NCBI GenBank assembly: GCA_000004985.1
Contig: GG738861.1
Length of the DNA stretch: 64,000 nt
Source: Naegleria gruberi
Lineage: Eukaryota
Strand: one strand, 5' to 3'
Below, one piece after another: positions 10,556-21,375 of the stretch. Positions within the stretch are counted from its first letter, which is position 1. Each line of letters starts with the position of its first letter. The position numbers and the translations under genes are program-made. Under the pieces are notes generated by a model. The model worked only from the letters and a program-made list of their open reading frames with translations, ran no database searches and was not told where the DNA came from.

Positions 10556-13500
10556 ATGTCTCAAAATCCTCTTCTTTCTGCTCCGATGAAGAAGGAAAAT
10601 CAAAGTGATTTAAATTCGTTGAAGAGTTGTAATTTAATATTGTTGATTGGGAGAAGATGTTCGAATAAGACACTTTGTTATCAGAGGAATTTTTCAGCGA
10701 GCCATGAGAGGATTTCTCTCGAGGAGTGGAAGAAGGATAATTTATCTATTCATGCTACATTTAAAAAGATTATTAAAAAGTTGGAAAAGGTATAGTATTT
10801 GTGGCGGAATTCTATTAGAAAGTTTAAAGAAAAACGTAGTTATTGATGACACTAATTTGGTGAAAGAAACTAGGAAATCTCTAATTGACAAAATCAAACA
10901 AAGTATTCCTTCATGCACAGTTGGGGCACTCTACTTTAATTGTGAAAATCCAAAATTATTAGAGTTTCAATTTTACATGAATCAAACAATGAGCTTTTTT
11001 GTGGATAGATATTGCTCAAATTCATCTTCTATTCCTCTAACTCTTACTACTGATGGACCATTTCAAACATCAAACATTTTGGATGATGAGAAGAAATCAA
11101 TAGTACCAACTAAGGATGAAGGGTTTGATACAATTATTGAACAACCTGTAAAATTAACTATACTGAACAGGGATAGAATTGAATTTAATCATCAGGGACT
11201 AATTGTGGATGGGTTAATATTTGTTCATTCAATGCTCGTCGATTCGGATACAGATTCTGGACCTCTGTCCCATGTTCATTGGATTTTTACTCAATGGATG
11301 AAAATCAAACCTAACGGTAGAATAATTGTAATTCTTATCGAGAAAGACTTTGATAGGCTGTGTGATTCCCTCAAATCTAAGAAAACATTCGAACAATTTC
11401 AAACCTGGTTATCAAAGACATGTTGTAAATACTTTCCATTCCCAATTTATACTGTACAGATTAGTAACTCTAATTTCTCTCAACTCAAAAGAGATGAAAC
11501 ACTATTATTTTCTACCTTATTTTACTATCAATCACTGGCTGCTTCGGAATCACTAGTTCTGACCTCTCCATTTATATCACAAAGTTTAGCCCAACTCAGT
11601 GGTGCCAATACAACTGCCTCCACAAGACACAAGAAATTTTTCAAGCAAGAATGTAACCTAGATGATTCGTGTATTTACTTTAACAGCGATTTGTACTTTA
11701 AAATGTCTAAAATAGGACTTTTGCTGTTGGATTTTTCAAGTATTTCAGAAATATCAATAGCAGAAATTAACAGCATTCAAATGGAACAAAAATTTGCACT
11801 TTGTCAATTAGATTATAGAACTAATCAGCCATCCTATTTTAAACAAATTGAATTTGTTCAACTTAACGATTGGAAACCAGATGGTAAATCTATTTCAAAA
11901 TTTATAGGAAGATTTCCACTTGTTCAAGAATTAACTGTAAATCACACAAATAATTTCAGTATTGGTATTTTTAAGGATATTCAAAAGAAGGAAATCAAAT
12001 CAATACTCTTTGGCGTCATATTAGACACTCACCATATCAAACAATTCTCTTCTCAAAATGATTTCAACAACTTTGTACAATACTATGAACGAATTAATGA
12101 GTATAGTGTATCTAATCAAATGAACAACGCAATAGAAACCATGAATAATGAAAGAAAGAGATTTTCACCAAAGCAAACTTCTAGGTTATCAAAGGGTCTT
12201 GAGGTTGGAACTAATAGCCCAAGCTCTTCGAAATCTCAAGCTTCTGCTCCTGTAACAACGTCTGATGGAAAAACCTCAGATATTTATCAATTTCCGGTAA
12301 CAGATATGAGTATTTCTTCAATTTGTGACTACTTTGGATTACTGACATTCCAGAAAGGAAGGGACATGGAAACCCAAATTTATGATGTAATGGTAAAACT
12401 CATTCCAGAAAAACCAAATCATTTTAAATTATATGCCAAGTGTTCCAGCGCAACTGAGAAGGATACTTTTTACAGAGAGGAGATCCTTATGAAACAAGGT
12501 AAAATTGTTAAAGGAATTTGTACATGCCCTATTGGAAGCCAAGGAAAATGTAAACATGTTTGTGCCAGTATATTATCCTATGTGTCCATTATTTCTAACA
12601 GGAATATGGGAAATGAGCAGAAAATTGAGGAAAAGGAAAAGATTCTAAAATCTGGATCACTTGGCTCTCAATCAGAAAGTCAACTCAGTGAATCCAAAGT
12701 CATATCCCAAGATCCTCCACCAGTCTCATTTGCTGTAAAGCCAGAATCATCTGTAGAGCCATCTCAAGAACCAAAAAAGAAGAAAACTCTACCAAGTTGG
12801 ATGGGTGGCTCAAAAGAAAAGCCACAAAAGTCTTCCTCCACCAAGTCTGATTCAAAATCGGATCTCAAAAAACCAAAAACTAGTTTCTTTTTGTATTGTG
12901 ATGAGTATAGAGATGCAGTTAAGGAAGAGTTGGGAGGAAAGGTTGCTGCTTCTGAAGTGGCAAAAGAATTAGGAGCCAGGTGGAAGCAATTATCAGAAGA
13001 GGAAAAACAAGTTTATGTTGACAAGCACAAGGAATTAGCCAATGAATACGCCGAGAAGAAGAAGGAAATTAAATCCAAAAACAAAACAGATTCAGAGTCT
13101 ACGAGCACGAATGAAAAACCAAAAACAAACAAAAAGAAAGTGAAAAAGGAATCTGTGGATAATGATCCAATAGAAGAGAGTGATGAAGAGGAAGACGAAT
13201 CATTTGGAAATATATTCTTCTCAAAACAAAAACAAAAATCCTCTGAAGCCAAGCAAGAATCCAAGGATAGCTCCATAAGGCCAATTCCAGAAATGTCACC
13301 AGAGAATGTCACCAAATCAAAACCACAACCTGCAACAATTGTGAAGAAGGAACAACGCAGTGATGACGAAGATGAAGCATTTGGAAATATTTTCTTTTCA
13401 AAACCGTCATCTAAACCTTCAGTTGTCACAACCAGTGAAAAACCAGTTCTCAATTCTGTACCTAGTGTCATCATAAAGCAAGAACCTCAGAGCCCTAAAA

Positions 13501-14264
13501 AGAGAAAGCTCCCCAGTCCTGTTAAGCCAACAGTTCAGAAACAAAATGAAGAGGATGAATCCTCTGATGAGGATGTTGGCAGTATATTCTTTGCAACATC
13601 AAAGAAAAAGAAACCAAATAACTTGGAAGAAACTAATGTAAAACCTGTTAAACCTGTTTTGCAAAGTAATACAGTTGAAGAGAGAAAACCTATCCATGAA
13701 ACAAAACAAGCAATGGATGAAAGCGATGATGAAGATGCAAGCAGCATTTTCTTTTCCTCCTCTAAAAAGAAACCAAATGTCGAAACGAAGAAAGAACAGT
13801 TAATTACGCCCATTAGCTCAACAACAGAAAAAAAAGATTCAAATCTGGGTAAAGATCGAATGGAAGAAAGTGATGATGACGAAGAAGGTGGTATTGCAAA
13901 TATCTTCTTCTCCAAGCAAACAAAGAAGAAACCATCCTCTCCAATTATTACAAAACAATCAACTGTTTCGAATACTAGTGCACTTTCGAGTAATATTTCT
14001 TCAACAAGTAAGCCAACACTAGCTCCAAACAATAAGAAAGATATGGATGAAACAGATGACGATGAGGAAGATGTTAGTTTTGCCAATATTTTCTTCTCCA
14101 AATCTACAAAGAAACAACCTCCTCCAGCTTCATCATCTACAAACTCATCTACTTCATCAGTTCCAAAACCTTCATCTTCCTCTCCATCCAAAACTAATAA
14201 TCAGGAGAAGAACACAAAGAAAGTGACATCCCTTAAAGCTATGATGGCAGAATTTGATTTTTAA
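10556..14264 (+). CDS. Multidomain nuclear protein with a polynucleotide-kinase-like P-loop kinase domain, a SWIM zinc finger, an HMG box, and six acidic 'SDDE-FGNIFFSK-K-rich' repeats; two exons
   Basis: Exon 1 is 10556..10789, with a real ATG. The intron is 10790..10829 (40 nt, GTATAG...AAAG), in phase 0. Exon 2 is 10830..14264. Splicing yields '...LILLIGRRCSNKTLCYQ...RISLEEWKK...ATFKKIIKKLEKKNVVIDDTNLVKETRKSLIDKIKQSIPSCTVGALYFNCENPKLLEF'. This is collinear with the PNKP kinase domain: Walker A 'GxxGSGKST', then '...VAIDNTN...AGVPCRCF'. The SWIM finger is 'CTCPIGSQGKCKHVCASI'. The HMG box is 'KKPKTSFFLYCDEYRDAV...ARWKQLSEEEKQVYVDKHKELANEY'. The repeats are spaced roughly 55-60 aa apart. Confidence 0.7.
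13180..14110 (+). repeat. Six tandem, degenerate coding repeats (about 165-180 nt each), each encoding [acidic S/D/E patch]-F/V/I-G/A-N/S-I-F-F-[S/A]-K-[K-rich]
   Basis: The protein-level copies are 'EESDEEEDESFGNIFFSKQKQK', 'RSDDEDEAFGNIFFSKPSSK', 'SSDEDVGSIFFATSKKKK', 'DESDDEDASSIFFSSSKKK', 'ESDDDEEGGIANIFFSKQTKKK' and 'ETDDDEEDVSFANIFFSKSTKK', all inside the 10556..14264 gene. Confidence 0.8.
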
Positions 14265-14365
14265 AAGATTTAAAAAAACAGCCTTAACAAGCCTTGTTGC
14301 GAATAACTTTTTCAAAAAAATAAACAGCTTCTACAGTGAGAGGGAATCCTTAGATTGACTAAAAG

Positions 14366-15217
14366 ATGATTGGTTGTAAGATTAATGATCCGAGTTTGAT
14401 TTCCAAAGTAATAGAATTGATGAGTCACTTTACAGATTTGGTCAACTTTGAAGTATCCTCCTCAAGTCTATTCATTCATGCTGTGGATAATTATAAGGTT
14501 GTTCTCTTTGAATTTAGATTATTGGAAAATCAAGCCTTCGTATTTGTTAATCAGGATCAAACTAGAAGAATTAAACTACCCAACTTTGAGAAGCACTATG
14601 GAATTAATTTGAAAATATTTTCCCAAGTAACAAAAGGCTTGAAATCCGATGATAGTTTGTATATTCAATTTCCATCCAATGACGAAGCCTCAGACATACT
14701 ACTCCACATCAAGAAGAAGAATCCACTCAGAAAGTTTACCTATCAACTCTCACAATTCGAAATATGTGATAATGAAAGTTATGAAATTAATGATTTTGAC
14801 CAACAAGCAAGAGTGGAAATATTAATGAATACTCAAAACTTTTCTCAAATGATTCAAGACTTGCACCACTTGAATGGTAATCGATTCAGATTAGAAGTAG
14901 AGAAGAGGGATGATTTTGTACTAACTCTCAAAACTTGGAATGAATTCATCAAGGCAAGTATTGATATTTCCAATGGTGAAGAAAATGTTTCCATTAGTAT
15001 AAGTGAGAGGGAAGAAGAATTTGTTAATATTGGTAATGAATATCCATTCAAAATACTATCAGTTATTTCTCGTGCAAGTAAGATTTCAGATCAGGTATTG
15101 TTTCAAGTTTGTGAGAATGGTCCTCTTGGAATATTATATGGATTAGAGGGAGGTAGTTTCCAATTCTTTGTGGCTCCATTCATTCCAAATGATGATTCCG
15201 AAGATGTTGATGATTAA
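14366..15217 (+). CDS. HUS1: HUS1-like checkpoint clamp subunit (PCNA-fold, 9-1-1 complex), 283 aa
   Basis: The start 'MIGCKINDPSLISKVIELMSHFTDLVNFEVSSSSLFI' parallels HUS1 'MKFRAKIVD..L.HF.RI...IAKL.K.C.LRISPDKLNFIL'. The C-terminus 'GGSFQFFVAPFIPNDDSEDVDD' matches the HUS1/PCNA ends '...LQYFIPAL' and 'YYLAPKIEDEEGS'. The length is right for a PCNA-fold clamp subunit. Confidence 0.6.
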   Translation: MIGCKINDPSLISKVIELMSHFTDLVNFEVSSSSLFIHAVDNYKVVLFEFRLLENQAFVFVNQDQTRRIKLPNFEKHYGINLKIFSQVTKGLKSDDSLYIQFPSNDEASDILLHIKKKNPLRKFTYQLSQFEICDNESYEINDFDQQARVEILMNTQNFSQMIQDLHHLNGNRFRLEVEKRDDFVLTLKTWNEFIKASIDISNGEENVSISISEREEEFVNIGNEYPFKILSVISRASKISDQVLFQVCENGPLGILYGLEGGSFQFFVAPFIPNDDSEDVDD

Positions 15218-15309
15218 AATAATTATTCCAATTTATAATAATAAAGAAATTTATCCAATAATTTATATTCTTATTCTTTTGTTCTTCTCCTTTTCTTCTT
15301 GAGCTTCCT

Positions 15310-16020
15310 TCAGTATTGATCTACCTCAGTATCAGGAAGGACTGTATAAACAACTTCTCCAGATTGGTCTTTGGTGAAAGTAATAAACTCTAGTTTTTCA
15401 CTTGATAAACTAGTACTATCCATTGTCTTTGTCATGACCTTGACAGCCAACTTTTTAGCAGCACCAATCTTCAAATCCTCCTTCCATTCTTGTTTCAAGA
15501 TTGATTGAGCAGCTTGATTATTAGCTCCGATTGCTGTAGCTTTCCATCCACCATAATTTCCTGAAGGATCAGAATGATACAATTGATATCCATATTGTTT
15601 ATCCCAACCAGCATACAAGAAACTGACGCCAAATGGTCTCATACCACCAAATTGTGTGTAACTTTGCTTTGAATCACAGAGAGTTTTTACAAGTTGTTCT
15701 ACTGGTATTGGTTCTTGATACATGAATTGATAACGTTGAGCGTGGAGACGAGCAGAGTTAATCAAAATGTTGGCATCAGCTGTAATACCAGCAACAGCAC
15801 ATCCAATATGTTTATCTAATTTGTACATCTTTTCTGTTTTCTTTTCATTATCGAGAAGCTTGGAAGTAATTTTCTTTTCAGCAGCTAATACAATACCATC
15901 GGTGGCAATAATACCGAGAGCAGCACCAGCATGGCTGATAGCTTCCATAGCATATTCGACTTGATACAATCGTCCTTCAGGTGAAAATGTTGTAGTTCTA
16001 TTGTCGTATCTTCTACTCAT
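15310..16020 (-). CDS. PSMA4: 20S proteasome subunit alpha type-4 (alpha3 / Pre9)
   Basis: The N-terminus '[32 protein letters not shown]' is near-identical to PSMA4 '[32 protein letters not shown]'. Further matches include '[10 protein letters not shown]', '[13 protein letters not shown]' and '[15 protein letters not shown]'. Confidence 0.93.
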   Translation of the reverse strand: MSRRYDNRTTTFSPEGRLYQVEYAMEAISHAGAALGIIATDGIVLAAEKKITSKLLDNEKKTEKMYKLDKHIGCAVAGITADANILINSARLHAQRYQFMYQEPIPVEQLVKTLCDSKQSYTQFGGMRPFGVSFLYAGWDKQYGYQLYHSDPSGNYGGWKATAIGANNQAAQSILKQEWKEDLKIGAAKKLAVKVMTKTMDSTSLSSEKLEFITFTKDQSGEVVYTVLPDTEVDQY

Positions 16021-16379
16021 TTTTTATAATGTTTATTACTTCCCTCAATCCAAAAATAACTTGAGAAATCCGCAGCATTTGGCTTGAAGTTTTTGATCAT
16101 CACAAAAATTTAATTTAAAATTATTGATGAAAATACAAAGCTGTGATCCGATGACAAGAAGAGGTTGTTAACAAACCAGATAATTGTTCTAGTTCTATTT
16201 GTTGAATAACAGGTGAATTCACAAAGATAATAACCTCTTTTTTAAGAGGATGATTAGAAAATGTAGAAAAGCTATTTTCAGAAAATTGCCTTACTTGAGT
16301 TGACTAAACAACGTGAGAAATTGTTTAAATATCAAATAGGCAAAAACAAGTTTAAATAACAAAAAAAACAATAATCAAG

Positions 16380-16586
16380 ATGGAAATCTCAAAGAAGGAA
16401 CGGAAAAAGTTTGGAACCACCATTAGTAAGCAACACAAGCCAAAAAAGACTAAAAAACAACAAGCAAATGTTTCAAATGTTTCCAATGTAAATCAAGATT
16501 TGGATCAGAATCAACAAAATGTATTCAGTGACAAACAAGCCAACTTTAATCCGTATGGTGTTGATAATTTGAGTCCAAACAAGTAG
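16380..16586 (+). CDS. Hypothetical small Lys-rich protein (68 aa)
   Basis: Real ATG after an A-rich leader in the spacer between the two proteasome genes. The composition is basic and low-complexity. It may be spurious. Confidence 0.2.
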   Translation: MEISKKERKKFGTTISKQHKPKKTKKQQANVSNVSNVNQDLDQNQQNVFSDKQANFNPYGVDNLSPNK

Positions 16587-16761
16587 ACATATTGTAAATA
16601 AATTCTCAGTTAGTGTTGAACAGCAAGGATTTGCTTTTTCTCTTTGATAATCCAAAATTCTTTAAAACCCAATTCATTAGATTGACATCTTTAAGAAGAA
16701 TTTGATATTTTTAAGATTGGGATAGTTACAATTTTTTTATATGATAATTTACAAAATGGAA

Positions 16762-17589
16762 TTATTCAGAGGTTTGCATTGCTGTGCTAATAGTTTCTTC
16801 AACAACCAACTTTGATTTCAATTCAAGAACCTTTTGGTTCAAAATAGCAGTCGTACCACGAGGAATAACATATTCACGACGATACTTTCTTCCAGAAGGT
16901 ACGTCATAACCACGAATATAGTTAGCTACACCTTCCTTATTAATGACACATAAATCTACATTTGAACCAGAACCCAAATCATTGTAAATACCAGCAGAAA
17001 TAGCCTTGTGAACAATAGCTTTAGCTTCTTCTTCAGACATATCATCCTTATATTCAGCTTCAAAAACTGACATGGCAGCCAATGATCCTGAACCCATAGT
17101 AACGAATGGTAATTTATCAGTAGAACCATGAGGATAGATTGTATAAAGAGAAGGTCCATTAACATCAACACCACCCAAAACCAAAGCAGCACTAACATGT
17201 CCTTGATATTTCCATAACATACGTTTAAACATTGTCATTGATGTATCAACACGTGATTGTTTACCTGTGGCATAACGATGGAGTTGTAATTTAGAACTGA
17301 TCAATGCAGTGGAATTTTCAGTATCGGCAGCAGTACCAGCACCACAACAATAAATGTTTGGAGCAATGTAGTGAATCTTTTCGCAATTCTTATCAGCGAC
17401 AATAGGACCTTCAGTAGCTCTTGTATCAGCTCCCAAAACAACACCATCCTTGTAAACTACACCACAAATTGTTGTACCAGTCTTGAGTACTTTTGGTGGT
17501 GTTACATTAAGATTTGATTGAAGATAAATGTTACGGGCAACATTATCAAATTCAAAGCCTCCAATTGTTGATGACATGTTTATATACAA
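16762..17589 (-). CDS. PSMB7: 20S proteasome subunit beta type-7 (beta2 / Pup1) with propeptide
   Basis: '[53 protein letters not shown]' matches PSMB7 '[53 protein letters not shown]'. The catalytic Thr follows an about 40-aa propeptide. Confidence 0.93.
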   Translation of the reverse strand: MYINMSSTIGGFEFDNVARNIYLQSNLNVTPPKVLKTGTTICGVVYKDGVVLGADTRATEGPIVADKNCEKIHYIAPNIYCCGAGTAADTENSTALISSKLQLHRYATGKQSRVDTSMTMFKRMLWKYQGHVSAALVLGGVDVNGPSLYTIYPHGSTDKLPFVTMGSGSLAAMSVFEAEYKDDMSEEEAKAIVHKAISAGIYNDLGSGSNVDLCVINKEGVANYIRGYDVPSGRKYRREYVIPRGTTAILNQKVLELKSKLVVEETISTAMQTSE

Positions 17590-17920
17590 AATATGATGAA
17601 TATTAAATTCCTGTCCTACAATATTTGATGAAAATTTCCTAACACAAGCAGGGTGTTTTCAGGTATTGAATATTTTTTTGATTAATTTTTCTTCAGAACA
17701 AAGGTTTTCCAGCGTTGAGAATGGAATGGTGTTTTATTTTTAGCATGATAGAATTACTTGAAGAAAATTGGAAACAAAATTTAATTGTTTTTGCTTGTGG
17801 TTACATATAGTGGCAAGCCTCAAAGTTTTTTAAATAATAAAAATCAATCTTCTTGTAATTTATCAGAGTTCTTTACAAACTTTTTGAAATTTTCAATTAA
17901 GATTTCAGTTTCTTCTCAAT

Positions 17921-19384
17921 ATGAAAAAATTAGTAATTAAAAAAATGCCCAAACAGCAGCTGGATGAAGAATACCTTCGGGATGAATATTCAATTTCATC
18001 TCTGGCTATGATTTGTCACTCTACGGATCATGGTTATTATTTTTCTGATTATCAATTCTCGCAGGCTTGCCATTCAATTTCTCATATGATTTGTCTAGTT
18101 CAGAAATCAAGTGTTGCTAGATTGTATAATTCTCCAGAGGTTTCAACGAGACTTGGAATTATCAAAGTAAATTCAATATGGAATGAACCTTATAATATTG
18201 GTAAGATGGAAAAGTTTGGAAATGATTTTCAATTTAAAAAGATAAGGTATCAATATGCTTATTCAACACCATTCGTTGAGGCTCATCCATCGACAAATAA
18301 TGGAACGAGAAAGGTCATTGATTTCTATTGTTTGAAGGATAGCTTTAAATTCATTATTGATTTGAATCAGGAAAATATTTTTTATTCGAGTTTGAATGTT
18401 GAAAAGATACCAAAATTGTTGAGAAGTGAAATATTTTCAAATTGGAATAGCGTTATTCCTCAGCATATTTTCCTTCACAAACCGAATGAAAATGAATTTA
18501 ACAAAATGTGTATGATTGTTCATAACGAACAGGATACAGTACTGAAACCACTTATCATTAGAGATGAAGGGTCTTTGGACGAATTGAGGAAATACGATGT
18601 TAGAATACAACCTCTTCCATTGGATTCAAACAACTATCCATTATATTGGAGTTTTTTAACAAGACTAGACTGTATTGATGAAAATTATCTGACCTATAGT
18701 TATCAAGATGAAAAAAATAAGAAGATTTGTCACATTATTAGAAAAATATCTATCCAATACGATGAAGATACCAAATTATACAGCGGAAAATTATCAAAAT
18801 CTCCCTTACTGGACTTTTTTAAATTTTTCACAGACAATTCTAACATTTCTGGATCTTGCAGATTGACGGATAGTTGTTTCCTCTTTATGCTTTGTAAAAA
18901 TGGACCTTATTGGCACAGTGTTAAATATAAGGATTGGGGGACATTCACTCAAAATGTGAAATGGATTCTAGTTGACCTGAAAAACTCAACAATCAAAAAT
19001 ATTGAACCCTACTCTGGAAATTTGAAGAGCTCACAACCAATTACTAAAGTGGGTACTCTAGTTGATGATGATGGATTTGAAACTACCATCAAGAAAAAGC
19101 ATATCACTCTCAGAAAGAGTAGCACTGAAGTACGAACTGAGGGTGCCGATTTCCTGCATGTTGATTTGGTGGCTTATCAGCCTTTTAAGGGATATCCAGA
19201 GTTGGTAAATGTGATTTGTACTATCCCAGCCTGTGAAACAAGAACTGCACATAGTCAACCAAGGAAGGAAAGTCTCCACACAGTCATCCAAGTTCACTAT
19301 TGCTTTAAAATTCATGATGAATTTAGACAATTATTCAAGGAAACTCCTAAATCTTACAGCGATATTTATTTGAGATTTTGTTAA
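17921..19384 (+). CDS. Hypothetical protein, 487 aa, no family recognised
   Basis: Long uninterrupted ORF with a real ATG and balanced composition. It is transcribed divergently from the beta-7 gene. Confidence 0.4.
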   Translation: MKKLVIKKMPKQQLDEEYLRDEYSISSLAMICHSTDHGYYFSDYQFSQACHSISHMICLVQKSSVARLYNSPEVSTRLGIIKVNSIWNEPYNIGKMEKFGNDFQFKKIRYQYAYSTPFVEAHPSTNNGTRKVIDFYCLKDSFKFIIDLNQENIFYSSLNVEKIPKLLRSEIFSNWNSVIPQHIFLHKPNENEFNKMCMIVHNEQDTVLKPLIIRDEGSLDELRKYDVRIQPLPLDSNNYPLYWSFLTRLDCIDENYLTYSYQDEKNKKICHIIRKISIQYDEDTKLYSGKLSKSPLLDFFKFFTDNSNISGSCRLTDSCFLFMLCKNGPYWHSVKYKDWGTFTQNVKWILVDLKNSTIKNIEPYSGNLKSSQPITKVGTLVDDDGFETTIKKKHITLRKSSTEVRTEGADFLHVDLVAYQPFKGYPELVNVICTIPACETRTAHSQPRKESLHTVIQVHYCFKIHDEFRQLFKETPKSYSDIYLRFC

Positions 19385-19573
19385 TCCTGAGATGTTTGGC
19401 TATTCATTTTAGAATCTTTTACTCCCAATTCTTAAATCACCCAAAAACAGCCCTTGCTCGTTCCACTAGTGTAAGCAAAAGCAGGGAAAATTGAAATCGT
19501 TTTACCAGACTTTTCCTGAATCTTGATTTTAATAAAATATGCAGGAGATATTACAGAGAAATTATTTTACAAT

Positions 19574-20950
19574 TTATTGTCTAGCACCTTGGATCATGTA
19601 TTCCTTGTTAATAAGGTGGTTTGACTTTTCAACCAATTGAAGCAAATTCACAATATCGTGTGACCAAGAGTTCAAAACTTCATTATTGTCACCAGTTTGT
19701 AATTGTTTGAAAACAACAAGACCATCCAATCTGTCCATCTTGGCAAGAATTGTCTTGGAGGTAACCATTCTTGAAATGTATCCTTCAACTTCTTCTTCAC
19801 CCAAGTACAACAATGAGCACAAACGTTTAGTTGGAATTCTAGAATAAAATTGAGCAATGACACGAATATTCTTTTCAACAATTCTACTTCTGAGATCGGC
19901 ATAAGTTTCTGGAGAAGTCTTGAAAATTGGGTGATCCTTAATTAATGAACCAAATGTTGATTCGAATTGTGGCCAATTAATCAAACTACGATTTACAAAT
20001 TGCTTAAGCAAGTTTCTATATGGTTGTAATTGTGGTTCTTCTAATTTCTTTTCTTCAAAGGTTCTATGCATGAGATCGTTTTGTTCATTACCATATTCAG
20101 CCAAAACAATATATAAAACCATACGTTGTAAGATATTCATCCAATCCTTTTCATTTGCTTGAATGATAGGTGTAGTGAAAATTTGTTGGTATGAACGGAA
20201 AATATCTAAATATTGCTTCTTGTTATTATAGAAACGAATCATAAGTTCATGGAAACGAATCTTTAAATCTTGGTGAGATTCTTCAGAAATACTCTTCTTT
20301 GTAATTTTCTTTGATACAATGACAGCACGAACAAAATCTTGCTTTTCAATGCATAATCTAATAGATTCAAGAATAAATTCAATCTTTTCTCTAATTTCCA
20401 TACTTCCGATTGTTTCAACTTGAACATCTTGTAACAATGAAGCAGCTTCAGCAATATTTCCTTCTTCTTCTCTGATCTTTGCCAACATTCTAATAACTCT
20501 AGCACCTTCCAATTCAACAAATATTTTACCTTCAGTAATTTTACGAATATTATTGATTAATTCAATCTTTCTTTCCAAAGATGGAGTAGAATCAATATAT
20601 TTCATAGCTTCTTGAATCATCTTTTGAGTACCACCTCTTGATTGAGCACGTTTCTTACTAAGACTATTTAATTGATCATTCAATTCATCCCAAGCTTGAA
20701 CTTTAGCACAGAAAGCAATTATTTGGACAAGAATTTTAGAGAGATTTTCATAATCTTCAGCAAGACGAACAGTCTTTTCCAAAGCTAAAACAGGTTCAAG
20801 AACTTCCTTTAATTTGTTGATTCCTCCTTGATCCAAAGCAGTAGAAGCACTTTGAAGAGTGGCCTCGGTTTGTTCGGTATAATCAACATTCATCTTTTTA
20901 CTTTGTTGATCTTCAGAAGAATCTTCTGGATCGAATGTTGGAAGTGGCAT
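19574..20950 (-). CDS. PSMD12: 26S proteasome lid subunit Rpn5 / PSMD12 (PCI domain)
   Basis: It is collinear with human PSMD12. 'ITEGKIFVELEGARVIRMLAKIREEEGNIAEAASLLQDVQVETIGSMEIREKIEFILESIRLC' corresponds to '[63 protein letters not shown]'. The C-terminal PCI segment 'KTILAKMDRLDGLVVFKQ' corresponds to 'KTIFAKVDRLAGIINFQR'. Confidence 0.9.
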   Translation of the reverse strand: MPLPTFDPEDSSEDQQSKKMNVDYTEQTEATLQSASTALDQGGINKLKEVLEPVLALEKTVRLAEDYENLSKILVQIIAFCAKVQAWDELNDQLNSLSKKRAQSRGGTQKMIQEAMKYIDSTPSLERKIELINNIRKITEGKIFVELEGARVIRMLAKIREEEGNIAEAASLLQDVQVETIGSMEIREKIEFILESIRLCIEKQDFVRAVIVSKKITKKSISEESHQDLKIRFHELMIRFYNNKKQYLDIFRSYQQIFTTPIIQANEKDWMNILQRMVLYIVLAEYGNEQNDLMHRTFEEKKLEEPQLQPYRNLLKQFVNRSLINWPQFESTFGSLIKDHPIFKTSPETYADLRSRIVEKNIRVIAQFYSRIPTKRLCSLLYLGEEEVEGYISRMVTSKTILAKMDRLDGLVVFKQLQTGDNNEVLNSWSHDIVNLLQLVEKSNHLINKEYMIQGARQ

Positions 20951-21375
20951 TATGTTACTATTATTAAATTAGTATGGATTGGCTTGCAAATTGATGATGG
21001 ATATACAACACGAGTGTTAATGCAAAGCAATTACGCAACAATAGAACACTTGTATTTTTTTAATGTATTTTTGATTTTAAATTTTAAAAATAGAACTTTA
21101 CTTCCTCTTGCCATATGACAAAGCCAAATTTTTCATCTTCGTTTCTTACAACTGTAGAACTTTATTAAGAAAATTATTGAGCATCATCAATAGTTAATAA
21201 TTCTTAGAGTTGAAGTCACTTTACCATTAAGATTCGGTAATTTTTTGATTCAGTCAAGTCAAATAATTTTGAACATCCAGTTTTCGAAAGAATTGACTTT
21301 CCCGCTCTTCCATTGTTAACTAGAAAATTTAAAAAATATTCATATGAAAAAAAATAGTCGTTTTACTTCGATAAC

